Source: Burkholderiales bacterium
GTDB taxonomy: Bacteria; Pseudomonadota; Gammaproteobacteria; Burkholderiales; SG8-39
Length of the DNA stretch: 49,509 bases
Direction: 5' to 3'
NCBI GenBank assembly: GCA_049663805.1
Contig: JBATEB010000162.1
Location: forward strand, 1 to 49,509
The stretch's first letter is position 1; every line of letters starts with the position of its first letter. Below, piece by piece: positions 1 to 8,598 of this stretch. The translations under genes and the position numbers were made by a program. The notes under the pieces were generated by a model. That model did not search any database. It saw only the letters and a list, made by a program, of their open reading frames with translations, and was not told the DNA's origin.

Positions 1-1
1 C

Positions 2-400
2 GTCGAGCCCATCGAAGGCAACGCGGAAGAAATCCCCCTTCCGGACGCCTCGGTCGACGTGATCACGAGCAACGGCGTGCTCAATCTGATGCCGGACAAG
101 CCGCGCGCCTTCGCCGAGATCGCCCGCGTGCTCAAGCCGGGCGGCCGCCTGCAGATCTCGGATATCTCGCTCGCCAAGCCGGTCTCGGAGAAGTCTCGCG
201 CCGACCCGAATCTGTGGGCCGAATGCGTGGTCGGCGCGGTCGTCGAGGACGACTACGTCGCGATGCTGCGCTCGGCGGCGTTGAACGTGGAGGTGATCGG
301 CCGCCTCGATTACTTTGCCGGCAGCGCGAGCCCGGACACGCGGCGCGTCGCCCACGGACTGGGCGCCCACACCGTCGTCATGCGGGGCGGGAAAGAATAG
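2..400 (+). CDS. class I SAM-dependent methyltransferase (UbiE/ArsM-like), C-terminal part; 5' end lies outside the window
   Basis: The frame is open from nt 2 to the TAG at 398-400. VEPIEGNAEEIPLPDASVDVITSNGVLNLMPDKPRAFAEIARVLKPGGRL matches the motif II/III region of class I methyltransferases. The Cys of the ArsM 'SNCVINL' motif is Gly here. Confidence 0.8.
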   Translation, partial: VEPIEGNAEEIPLPDASVDVITSNGVLNLMPDKPRAFAEIARVLKPGGRLQISDISLAKPVSEKSRADPNLWAECVVGAVVEDDYVAMLRSAALNVEVIGRLDYFAGSASPDTRRVAHGLGAHTVVMRGGKE

Positions 401-488
401 CGCCGGCCGGGCTGCACCGGCGCCGCTTACTCGGCTCGACCTTCCACCGGGGTGTCGAGCGGGCGGCCGGCGGGGACATGCCTCCCGC

Positions 489-1319
489 TCACGGCATGAA
501 CCCGCCGCCGTTGACGTGGATCGTCTGCCCGGTGATGTAGCGCGCGTCCGGGCTGCACAGCATGCGCACCATCGCCGCCACTTCCTCGGGCTCCCCGCGG
601 CGGCCGATCGGCGGCAGGCCGCGCCGCTCGCTCGGGCGGGCCGGGGCGCCCGGCAGGCCGCGCACGGTTTCGATCGTCCCCGGCACCACGCAGTTGACGG
701 TGATGCCGTGCGGCGCGAGATCGAGCGCGAGCGCCCGCGTCATGCCGGCGATGCCGGCTTTTGCCGCGATGACGTGGGCGCGGCCGGTCGCGCCCTTGTG
801 CGCCGTGAGCCCTCCGAGATTGATCACGGATCCGCTGCGCGTGCGGATCAGGTGCGGAAGGCAGGACTGGGTGCACAGGAACGCGCCGTCGAGCACGGTC
901 GAGATCACGCGGCGCCATTCCTCCAGCTTGATGTCCTCGAAGTGGGTCTCGCTCCTGATGGCGGCATTGTTGACGAGAATATCGAGGCGTCCGAATTCCT
1001 TGACGGTCGCGTCCACCATCCTGGCGACCGCCGACGGATCGGTGACGTCGGCGAAATGGGAAGCGGCGCTTCCTCCCTCCCTCTGGATCAGGGCCACCGT
1101 ATGCTTGGCCTCGGCTTGGGAGGTATTGGCGTTCACCATCACGGCGGCGCCGCCGGCGGCGAGCGAGCGGCAGATGGCGCGACCGATGTTCCTCGCGCCG
1201 CCGGTGACCAGGGCGACCTTTCCGGCGAGCTCCGTCCCGGGCGTCATGCCCGCAATGCGGATCACCTGGCGAGCCGAAGGTTTGGATGAGCCGCCGGATC
1301 GCGGCGAATCGATAGCCAT
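489..1319 (-). CDS. short-chain dehydrogenase/reductase-fold protein, FabG-like but with a non-canonical active site
   Basis: 276 aa, colinear by eye with FabG: KVALVTGGARNIGRAI (TGxxxGIG), ILVNNAA, ITVNCVVPGTIET, YITGQTIHVNGG. GAGGAG lies 6-8 nt before ATG 1319. The gene starts 15 nt after the doxX-like stop. The catalytic Ser and Tyr positions read Gly and Val (see findings). Confidence 0.85.
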   Translation of the reverse strand: MAIDSPRSGGSSKPSARQVIRIAGMTPGTELAGKVALVTGGARNIGRAICRSLAAGGAAVMVNANTSQAEAKHTVALIQREGGSAASHFADVTDPSAVARMVDATVKEFGRLDILVNNAAIRSETHFEDIKLEEWRRVISTVLDGAFLCTQSCLPHLIRTRSGSVINLGGLTAHKGATGRAHVIAAKAGIAGMTRALALDLAPHGITVNCVVPGTIETVRGLPGAPARPSERRGLPPIGRRGEPEEVAAMVRMLCSPDARYITGQTIHVNGGGFMP

Positions 1320-1334
1320 GCAGTCTCTCCTCGC

Positions 1335-1718
1335 TCAGCGCACGGTTCCCAGAAGCAGGAACAGTCCGCCGAGCACCGCGGTGTTGCCGAGCAGGATGAT
1401 CCTGCTCGTGTTTCGCCTGGTCGCGTCCGGCATGCTCCAGAAGCGATGGAAGATCGCGGTCGCCGCGACGGTGAAGGCGATCAGGCACCAGACCCCTGCC
1501 CGCGCCTGCCAGTCGAGCAGCACCAGCGCGCACCCCGTGAACTGGAGGGCCATACCCACCCAGAATGCCGCGCGCGGGAACGGCGTGCCGAAGGCGTCCA
1601 TGCGCTCGATATGGTCCCGGATTCGCGCCCGGGTGAGGTTGCAGAGTCCGGTCGTCACAAAGCAGAACGCGATGAGCAGCCTTCCGGCCGTCTCGTTCCA
1701 GGATGAATCGGCGTACAT
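1335..1718 (-). CDS. DoxX-family small integral membrane protein
   Basis: 127 aa with about four hydrophobic helices. The sequence pattern (LLIAFCFVTTGLCNL ... AIFHRFW ... NTAVLGGLFLL) is typical of DoxX/DoxD-like proteins. It is co-oriented with the downstream SDR gene and 15 nt from it. Confidence 0.75.
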   Translation of the reverse strand: MYADSSWNETAGRLLIAFCFVTTGLCNLTRARIRDHIERMDAFGTPFPRAAFWVGMALQFTGCALVLLDWQARAGVWCLIAFTVAATAIFHRFWSMPDATRRNTSRIILLGNTAVLGGLFLLLGTVR

Positions 1719-1867
1719 GGGATTTTCCGGTGAAGTGGAGCGCCGCCGGCCCTCGTCAACGAGTAAAATTGTCCGGAGGGTGCGCCACCGGCGATGAACT
1801 GCATTCCGTCAGCCCGAAAGCATACGCCATCGGATTCTAAGCGATCAACGGGAGCGGGCTCCATCAG

Positions 1868-3895
1868 ATGCGGCGCGGCGCCATGCGGATAGTCGATCGT
1901 CTTCCGGGGCTGGTCCGCTTCCTGCTCGCCCTGACCGCGATCCACTTCGCGCTGTTCGCGGCCTTGCGCCTGGTTTTCTGGGCGGCCTTCAGGGAAACCC
2001 TGGCGAGCGCGTCGTGGACGGACCTGCTCAAGGCCCTCTATCTCGGGTTCAAATTCGACCTGCGGCTGGCGCTGCTTCTCGGTCTGCCGCTTGCGCTCCT
2101 CGGGTGGATCGGGCTCTTCGATCCGGGGCGCCGGGCCGCCGCCCGCATCGCCTGGCTGGGCTATTTCGCGGTGGCGCAGTGCGTCGTGCTGTTCCTCTAT
2201 TTCGTCGACTTCGGACACTACGCCTACGTTCAGATGAGGCTGAATGCGAGCCTCGTCGATCATCTGACGCCCGTGGCGGTCGCCGCGCGCGTCGCCTGGG
2301 AGACCTATCCGGTGATCGGGGGAGTTCTCGGATTGTCGTTGCTGGTCGGCGGATATGCCTGGCTCCTGGCCCGCGCGGCCCGGCGCACGCTGGTGCCGGC
2401 GGCTCGGCCCCTGGGCCAGTGGCCCGGGCGCGCGGTGCTCGGGGCGGCCGCGCTGCTCTTCGCCCTGGGGATTTACGGGAAATGGTCGTGGTATCCGCTG
2501 CGCTGGAGCGAGGCGTACTTTTCCTCGAGCGAGGCGGTCGCCGCGCTCGCGCTCAACCCGGTCCTGTTTCTGGTGGATACCGCGGAAAACCGCGGACGCC
2601 CGTACGACGCCCAAAAAGTTCGCGAGCACTACGACTATGTCGCCTCGTTGCTCGGAGTCGAGGCGCCGGACCCGGACAAGCTCGATTTCGCCCGCTACGT
2701 GACGCCCGGCGCCCGACCGCGGGAGAGGTACAACCTGGTCGTGATCCATCTGGAATCCTTTGCCGCGTTCAAGGCCGGGATCTTCGGCAACCGGCTCGGC
2801 GGCACGCCGCACTTCGACGCGATCGCGAGGGACGGAATCCTGTTCACCAACTTCTTCGTCCCCGAGGTCCCGACGGCGCGTTCGGTATTCACCATGCTCA
2901 CCGGCGTTCCCGACGTGAACGGGACGACCACCGCCTCGCGCAATCCGCTGGTGATCAATCAGCACACCCTGGTGAACGCCCTGGAAGGCTACGAGAAATA
3001 CTATTTCCTCGGCGGCAGCGCCACCTGGGGCAACATCCGCGGCCTGTTCACCCGCAACATTCCCGACCTGAAGATGTTCGAGGAGGGCGACTACGACGCG
3101 CCCCAGGTCGACGGCTGGGGCGTGCCCGACGCGGTGCTCTTCGAAAAAGCCCACCAGGTGCTGGCGAAGCGGGAGAAGCCCTTTTTCGCTTTCATTCAGA
3201 CCGCGGGAAATCACCGGCCTTTCACGATTCCCGAGAGCCATCGCGGCTTCGAGCTCGCGCACGCGGACGACGCGGCGCTGAAGGAAAACGGCTTCGACAG
3301 CCTCGCCGCCTACAACGGTCTGCGCTATCTGGATTTCTCGCTCGAAGCGTTTTTCGCCCTGGCGCGACAGGCCCCGTATTTCCGCAACACCGTGTTCGTG
3401 ATGTACGGCGATCACGGCAATCCGTCGACCGCGCAGACGCCCTTTCAGCAGCTGTACCTGACCGGCTACCACGTGCCGCTGGTGATCTATGCGCCGGGGC
3501 TGATCGAACAGGGCAGGCGCATCGACTTCGCCGCGAGTCTGACCGACGTCCTGCCGACCTCGCTGGGTCTGCTCGGGATTCCCCATCTCAATACCGGACT
3601 GGGGCGCGACCTGCTCGCCCTCGGCCCCAAGGCGCCCCATTTCTCCCTGATCGGGGAGACCGGGGTCCTCGACGACGAGTTCTACCTCCGGGTGGATCCG
3701 GGCGGCGCGCGCCTGTTCCGCTATCGCACCGAGGCGGGAGCGCAGGACGTGCGCGGGCAATATCCCGGGAAGGCCGCCGAACTCGGGCGCCTGTACCAGG
3801 CGCTGTTCGAAGCGTCGAAGTACATGCTCTACCACAATCCGGCCCGCCCCCACTCGCCGAAGCCGTCACCGCGGCGGCGGGCGGCCGCGGGCTGA
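1868..3895 (+). CDS. LTA-synthase / sulfatase (alkaline-phosphatase superfamily) membrane protein, phosphoglycerol- or phosphoethanolamine-transferase-like
   Basis: 675 aa. The N-terminal ~230 aa are multi-helix hydrophobic. They are followed by a sulfatase-type domain (YNLVVIHLESFAAFK, PEVPTARSVFTMLTG, VFVMYGDHGNP). Confidence 0.85.
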   Translation: MRRGAMRIVDRLPGLVRFLLALTAIHFALFAALRLVFWAAFRETLASASWTDLLKALYLGFKFDLRLALLLGLPLALLGWIGLFDPGRRAAARIAWLGYFAVAQCVVLFLYFVDFGHYAYVQMRLNASLVDHLTPVAVAARVAWETYPVIGGVLGLSLLVGGYAWLLARAARRTLVPAARPLGQWPGRAVLGAAALLFALGIYGKWSWYPLRWSEAYFSSSEAVAALALNPVLFLVDTAENRGRPYDAQKVREHYDYVASLLGVEAPDPDKLDFARYVTPGARPRERYNLVVIHLESFAAFKAGIFGNRLGGTPHFDAIARDGILFTNFFVPEVPTARSVFTMLTGVPDVNGTTTASRNPLVINQHTLVNALEGYEKYYFLGGSATWGNIRGLFTRNIPDLKMFEEGDYDAPQVDGWGVPDAVLFEKAHQVLAKREKPFFAFIQTAGNHRPFTIPESHRGFELAHADDAALKENGFDSLAAYNGLRYLDFSLEAFFALARQAPYFRNTVFVMYGDHGNPSTAQTPFQQLYLTGYHVPLVIYAPGLIEQGRRIDFAASLTDVLPTSLGLLGIPHLNTGLGRDLLALGPKAPHFSLIGETGVLDDEFYLRVDPGGARLFRYRTEAGAQDVRGQYPGKAAELGRLYQALFEASKYMLYHNPARPHSPKPSPRRRAAAG

Positions 3896-3902
3896 GCAGG
3901 CA

Positions 3903-5060
3903 ATGCGCGTCCCCCGAAGGCGAAGCCGGGTGTTGCTGCTCGCGATCGCCCTCGCCTTCGGCGGCCTGTACTACAGGAGCGTGCCGGCGCCTTCGCCCGG
4001 CGGGTTCGCCGTTCCCGAAACGCCCGCGCCCGCGATGGGGGCGGAGCCGTCCTACCGGTCGCAACTGCTCCCCAACAGCAGCGCGCGTTCGGTTCACGCC
4101 GCGGCGGCTGCCGAGCTTTCCGGAGGGCAATTGCGCGCGTTCTGGTACGGCGGCAGCCGCGAGGGCGCGCCGGACGTGGCGATCTATACCTCGGTCTATT
4201 CCCCGTCAGCCGGAACCTGGAGTCCCGAGCGCGCGGCCTTGACGCGGCCATCCGCGCAGCGCGACCTGCAGCGTTACCTGCGCAAGCTCGGGAATCCCGT
4301 GGTCGGCCGCGATCGCGGCGGGCGCCTGTGGCTTTTCTTCGTGAGCGTCTCGGTCGGGGGGTGGGGGGGAAGCGCAATCAACGGCGCTTACTCCGAAGAC
4401 GAGGGAGAGACCTGGAGCCCGGCGCGCCGCCTGGTGAGTTCTCCCTTCTTCAACGTCAGCACGCTGGTGAAGGGCGCGCCGTTCCTGTATGCCGACGGCT
4501 CGATCGCGCTGCCCGCGTATCACGAATTCGTCGGCAAGTTCGGCGAACTGCTGCGACTGGACGCCGCGGGCCGGCCGATAGGCAAGACCCGGCTGTCGCG
4601 GGGCCGGTCTTCGCTGCAGCCGGTGATCGTGCCGAAATCGAAGAGCGAAGCGGTCGCTTTCATGCGCTATTCGGGCGATCCTCCGAACCGCATCCTCAGG
4701 GTCCGGACCGAGGACGGAGGAGCGAACTGGGATCCGCCGGTCAAGACGGTGTTGCCGAATCCGAACGCCGCGGTGGCAAGCGTACTGCTGGGCGATGACC
4801 TGCTCCTGCTCGCGTTCAACGACTCCCCGGACAATCGCGAGAGCCTCTCGCTCGCGGTCTCGCGGGATTTCGGGAATACGTGGAGGGTCGTTCACCGCTT
4901 CGAGGGCGATCGCGAGGCGTCGAAGGCGTTGGTCGCCGAGTATTCCTACCCCTGGATCATGCGGGATCGGGCCGGAGAGGTTCATGTGCTCTACACCTGG
5001 GGCCGCACCCGGATCAAGCACGTGCAATTCAACCGGGCCTGGCTGGAGCGCCTGCTGTAA
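3903..5060 (+). CDS. BNR/Asp-box repeat (sialidase-fold beta-propeller) protein with N-terminal signal anchor
   Basis: 385 aa with an N-terminal RRRSRVLLLAIALAFGGL segment. Asp boxes are SEDEGETW (4392-4415), TEDGGANW and SRDFGNTW (4860-4883). The gene starts 7 nt after the upstream stop. Confidence 0.85.
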   Translation: MRVPRRRSRVLLLAIALAFGGLYYRSVPAPSPGGFAVPETPAPAMGAEPSYRSQLLPNSSARSVHAAAAAELSGGQLRAFWYGGSREGAPDVAIYTSVYSPSAGTWSPERAALTRPSAQRDLQRYLRKLGNPVVGRDRGGRLWLFFVSVSVGGWGGSAINGAYSEDEGETWSPARRLVSSPFFNVSTLVKGAPFLYADGSIALPAYHEFVGKFGELLRLDAAGRPIGKTRLSRGRSSLQPVIVPKSKSEAVAFMRYSGDPPNRILRVRTEDGGANWDPPVKTVLPNPNAAVASVLLGDDLLLLAFNDSPDNRESLSLAVSRDFGNTWRVVHRFEGDREASKALVAEYSYPWIMRDRAGEVHVLYTWGRTRIKHVQFNRAWLERLL

Positions 5061-5659
5061 TGGACGCGAGCGGTGCGTTCGGGACGTTCGGGTGCGCGCT
5101 GCTCGGCCTCGCGGTGCTGCTGACGGCCGTTCGCGTCGAGCGGCTTTCCCGACGCGGGGTCCGACTCGCGATCGCCCTGATCCTGGCCCTCGTCCTGTTC
5201 GTGCCGCTGGGGGATCTCCCGGCGGCGGCCTACGTGCGCAGCGTTACCGGCGATCCGGGCGTCTCGACGCTGTTTCTCGCCGGCGCTGCGTGCCTGGCGC
5301 GACTGGGTGGACGCGTCCCGATCGGGGAGCGGGATCGGCGGGCCCTGTGGTGGCTGCTCGCCGGCGCGGCGCTGTTTCTGTACCCGGCCGCCCTGGGGCT
5401 GACCGGGTTCGATCCGTACGCCCTCGGTTACGGATCGCCCGCATTCGCGACGGCACTGCTGCTGATCGCGCTGGCGGCGTGGCGCGCGGGCCTGAACGCC
5501 GTCGTGCTGGTCCTGGTCGTCGCGGCGTTCGCCTATCTGCTCGGCGTCTACGAGTCGCGCAACCTCTGGGATTACCTGCTCGACCCGCTGGGATGCGGCT
5601 ATGCCCTGGTGCGGCTGATATCGCGGCGGGAATCGACGCGGGCCGCGCCCGCATCCTGA
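5060..5659 (+). CDS. hypothetical polytopic membrane protein (about 199 aa)
   Basis: The ATG overlaps the BNR gene stop (TAATG at 5058-5062). The sequence is almost entirely hydrophobic helices (FGCALLGLAVLLTAV, AIALILALVLFVPLG, WWLLAGAALFLYPAALGL, ATALLLIALAAW, VVLVLVVAAFAYLLGV). I recognise no family. The 4880 start in the ORF track would overlap the BNR gene by 180 nt. Confidence 0.6.
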   Translation: MDASGAFGTFGCALLGLAVLLTAVRVERLSRRGVRLAIALILALVLFVPLGDLPAAAYVRSVTGDPGVSTLFLAGAACLARLGGRVPIGERDRRALWWLLAGAALFLYPAALGLTGFDPYALGYGSPAFATALLLIALAAWRAGLNAVVLVLVVAAFAYLLGVYESRNLWDYLLDPLGCGYALVRLISRRESTRAAPAS

Positions 5660-5674
5660 GCCCGTCGCCGGGCC

Positions 5675-6916
5675 TCAGGCCTCGGGTCCGGCGTAGGCGC
5701 CGGCGCTATGCGGGAACATCGACTTCACGATCTTGAAGCGCGAAATGTCCACGGTCGCGTCCATGTGCAGGAAAATCGCCGCGTCGCGCAAGAGTTTCTC
5801 GATGCCGAAATCCAGCATCACGCCGTTGCCGCCGTGCAGCTCCATCGCGTGCTGCGCGACCTTGAAGACCTCCTCCGAGGCGAACACCTTCACCATGTTG
5901 CACAGCTGATCGGCGTCGGGCGCCCCTTCGTCCACCGCGCGCGCCGCTTCGCGCAGGAGCGCGCGCACCGCATGCAGCCGGGTCGCCATGTCGGCCAGGC
6001 GCAGCGCGACCGCCTGGTGCTTGATCAGGACGCGCCCGCCCTGGACGTAGTTCTGGACGTACTCGGCGGTGCGCTCGAATGCCGCCATTCCGACGCCGAG
6101 ATTTTTCGCGGCCTGGATGATCTTCCCGGGCCGGAAATAGACGCCCGCCTTGCCGAGCGCGTCTCCCTCGACCAGCAGGTGGTCGGCTGGAACGCGGCAG
6201 TTCTCGAAGACGAGCTCGCCGTTGTTCATGAAGCGGCCGCCGAGGGTTTCGTTGCAGCGCGCGATGACCAGCCCGGGCGTGCCGCGCGGCACGAGGAAGC
6301 TGGAAGTTCCCTGCAGCATCCCGACCTTGGGGTTGGTGTTGGCGTAGACAACGAAGAGCCCCGCGTCGTAGCCGTTGCTGATGAACTGCTTGCGCCCGTT
6401 GATGACCCAGTGGCCGCCCTCGAGTGCCGCGCGCGTGTGCATCGCCGCCTCCGGCACGTTGTAGGGGAGCCAGCGGTCGGAAGCTCCGCGCGGCTCGGTG
6501 AGGCAGTGCGCGAGAAGAAAGGCCGGATCGCCGACGATCCTGGGGAACCAGCGTTCCTGGAGGTGGCGCGGCGCGAGCCTGCGCAGCAGCACCGAGACCT
6601 TCCACACCTGCACCAGCTTGTCGGCAAGCCCCGAGTCGCCGCGCGCGACTTCCTCGGAGATGAGAGCGAAGGTCCGGACCTCGGTCGCGGGGTCGAGCTG
6701 GATCCCGCCGAACTCCTCGGGCACGCCCAGCGTTCGTATCCCGATCCTGTCGGCCTGATCGAGAATCTCGCGCGGCAGCCGCGCGTCGGGGTCCATGAGC
6801 CACTCGCGCTGCCAGTCCTTGCGGATGAAGGGCGTGACGAAATCGTTGACGAAAGCGCGGCAGGTATCGCGCATCAGGCGCTGCTCCTCGGACAGTCCGC
6901 GATCGATCATGTTCAT
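5675..6916 (-). CDS. acyl-CoA dehydrogenase family protein
   Basis: 413 aa. The C-terminal ELHGGNGVMLDFGIEKLLRDAAIFLHMDATVDISRFKIV is colinear with MCAD [42 protein letters not shown] SD lies 8 nt before the ATG. Confidence 0.9.
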   Translation of the reverse strand: MNMIDRGLSEEQRLMRDTCRAFVNDFVTPFIRKDWQREWLMDPDARLPREILDQADRIGIRTLGVPEEFGGIQLDPATEVRTFALISEEVARGDSGLADKLVQVWKVSVLLRRLAPRHLQERWFPRIVGDPAFLLAHCLTEPRGASDRWLPYNVPEAAMHTRAALEGGHWVINGRKQFISNGYDAGLFVVYANTNPKVGMLQGTSSFLVPRGTPGLVIARCNETLGGRFMNNGELVFENCRVPADHLLVEGDALGKAGVYFRPGKIIQAAKNLGVGMAAFERTAEYVQNYVQGGRVLIKHQAVALRLADMATRLHAVRALLREAARAVDEGAPDADQLCNMVKVFASEEVFKVAQHAMELHGGNGVMLDFGIEKLLRDAAIFLHMDATVDISRFKIVKSMFPHSAGAYAGPEA

Positions 6917-7031
6917 GAGAAGATCTCCTCGTGGGTGCGCTTCCGTATCCGTTGTGGATTTGCCGCGCTCGGAGCGCTATCCTAGCAGGCGCAAAGCGGC
7001 CGTTGGCTCGCCGGACCATGGGAGATTCGTC

Positions 7032-7814
7032 ATGCTTGCAGCCGAGAGAGTCAGGGTGTTCTGGCAGCCGGGATGCACCAGCTGCCTGAGAACCAAGGAG
7101 TTTCTCACCAACAACGGCGTGGACTACGAATCGATCAACGTCCACGGCAATCCCCGGGGCATGGAGGAGCTGCGCAAGCTCGGCGCCCGCAGCGTGCCGA
7201 TCGTCGCCCGCGGCGACCAATTCGTCTTTGCGCAGACGCTCACCGACGTGATCCGGTTTCTCGGCCTGAAAGTGAAGCTCCAGGAAAGGCTGAGCCCCGG
7301 GGAGCTGATGGGGAAGCTCGAAATCGTGCTTCCGGCCGCCGCGCGCTACGTTCGGCAGATTCCGGCCGAGTGGTTGCACCGGCCCTTCCGCAACCGCAAC
7401 CGGGAAATCCGCCTGCTCGCGCATCACGTATTCCGCATCCCGGAGGCGTTCCTGGAGTCGGTGCACGACGGCCGCGAACTGACCTACGAGCGCATCATGG
7501 AAGCGCCCGGCGCGGCCCTGCGCACCGGCGAGGACCTCGCGCGCTTCGGCGAGGGGGTGCTGGCGCGGATGCGCGAGTGGTGGACGGCCTGCCCGGATCG
7601 GAGTGGTTCGACGCCGATGGAGACCTACTTCGGCCGGCACTCCTTGCACGTGGTGCTGGAGCGAACCGTCTGGCACCCCACGCAGCACACCCGCCAGCTG
7701 ATGCTCATCCTGGAATCGATCGGGATCGCGCCCGACCGACCGCTCACCGCCGCGGATCTTGCCGGCCTTCCGCTTCCGGCCAAGGCGTGGGACGACGAAA
7801 AGGAAACCTCGTAG
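7032..7814 (+). CDS. glutaredoxin-like domain fused to a DinB/YfiT-like helical-bundle domain
   Basis: 260 aa from ATG 7032, with GGAG at 7021-7024. The N-terminus VRVFWQPGCTSCLRTKEFLTNNGVDYESINV ... SVPIVARGDQFV is glutaredoxin/NrdH-like with a CxxC motif. The C-terminal half has spaced His residues (LLAHHVF ... HSLHVVLERTVWHPTQHTRQL) as in DinB-family proteins. The longer track ORF from 6795 overlaps the divergent ACAD gene. Confidence 0.7.
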   Translation: MLAAERVRVFWQPGCTSCLRTKEFLTNNGVDYESINVHGNPRGMEELRKLGARSVPIVARGDQFVFAQTLTDVIRFLGLKVKLQERLSPGELMGKLEIVLPAAARYVRQIPAEWLHRPFRNRNREIRLLAHHVFRIPEAFLESVHDGRELTYERIMEAPGAALRTGEDLARFGEGVLARMREWWTACPDRSGSTPMETYFGRHSLHVVLERTVWHPTQHTRQLMLILESIGIAPDRPLTAADLAGLPLPAKAWDDEKETS

Positions 7815-7823
7815 GCCGCGCCC

Positions 7824-8510
7824 TCACGCGGCGCCGGCGGGACCGGCGCCTCCTTCCAGTTCCGAAAATCGCACCGGAAGCACTTCCCGCGTGGCGAGCC
7901 TGCCGGATTCGGATTTCTCCAGCAGCAACAGCTGTTGCCGCTCGGGAATGCCCGCGGGGATCACCATCTTGCCGCCCGGCTTGAGCTGGGCGATGAGCGG
8001 CGGCGGGATCAGATCGGGGGCGGCAGTGACGATGATCTTGTCGAAGGGCGCGCGCTCGCTCCACCCGTAATATCCGTTGCCCACGCCGACCTCGATATTG
8101 CGATAACCCAGGCGCTGCAGCCTGCGGCGGGCGTCCCGGGCGAGTTCCCCGATGATCTCGATGCTGCAGACCCGAGCGACCAGCTCCGAGAGGACCGCGG
8201 ACTGATAGCCCACGCCGGCGCCGACCTCCAGCGCGATGTCCTCCGGCTGCGGATCGAGCAGATCGGTCATGAGAGCGACGATGAAGGGCTGCGAGATGGT
8301 CTTGCCGTAGCCGACCGGCAGCGGAGTGTTCGCATAGGCGTAGTCCTGGAGTTCGAGCGGCACGAATTCATGGCGTGGAACCCTCCCCATGACTTCGATC
8401 ACGCGCGCGGCGAACGACGACTTTCCGAGGCGTGCCGTCAGGAATACGGCATCGCCCACGATTTCGGCGATCATCCGCTCCCGCATCAGATCGTGCTGCC
8501 GCTTCTCCAT
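7824..8510 (-). CDS. pcm: protein-L-isoaspartate O-methyltransferase
   Basis: 228 aa. Motifs are GKTISQPFIVALMTDLL, ALEVGAGVGYQSAVLSELV and FDKIIVTAAPDLIPPPLIAQLKPGGKMVIP. A GGAGGA SD lies upstream. Confidence 0.93.
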   Translation of the reverse strand: MEKRQHDLMRERMIAEIVGDAVFLTARLGKSSFAARVIEVMGRVPRHEFVPLELQDYAYANTPLPVGYGKTISQPFIVALMTDLLDPQPEDIALEVGAGVGYQSAVLSELVARVCSIEIIGELARDARRRLQRLGYRNIEVGVGNGYYGWSERAPFDKIIVTAAPDLIPPPLIAQLKPGGKMVIPAGIPERQQLLLLEKSESGRLATREVLPVRFSELEGGAGPAGAA

Positions 8511-8598
8511 CAGACGGGGCTCCTCCGCCCGCGGCCGCCGCGCCGCGAAAGACCGTTGGACCGGCGGGTCGGGATCCGGTTGCCGGACCGGGCCGGTT

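Noticed and set aside
1655-4242. Very long ORFs 1655..3853 (-, 732 aa) and 2014..4242 (+, 742 aa) overlapping the LTA-synthase-like and BNR genes
   Set aside because: Their composition is Arg/Gly/Pro/Ala-rich with no recognisable motifs. They lie antisense or out of frame to genes with clear family signatures. This is the typical shadow-ORF artefact of high-GC DNA.
5706-7688. 660-aa minus-strand ORF and 425-aa plus-strand ORF (5708..6985) across the acyl-CoA dehydrogenase locus
   Set aside because: Same shadow-ORF composition. The ACAD frame has strong family similarity and a good SD.
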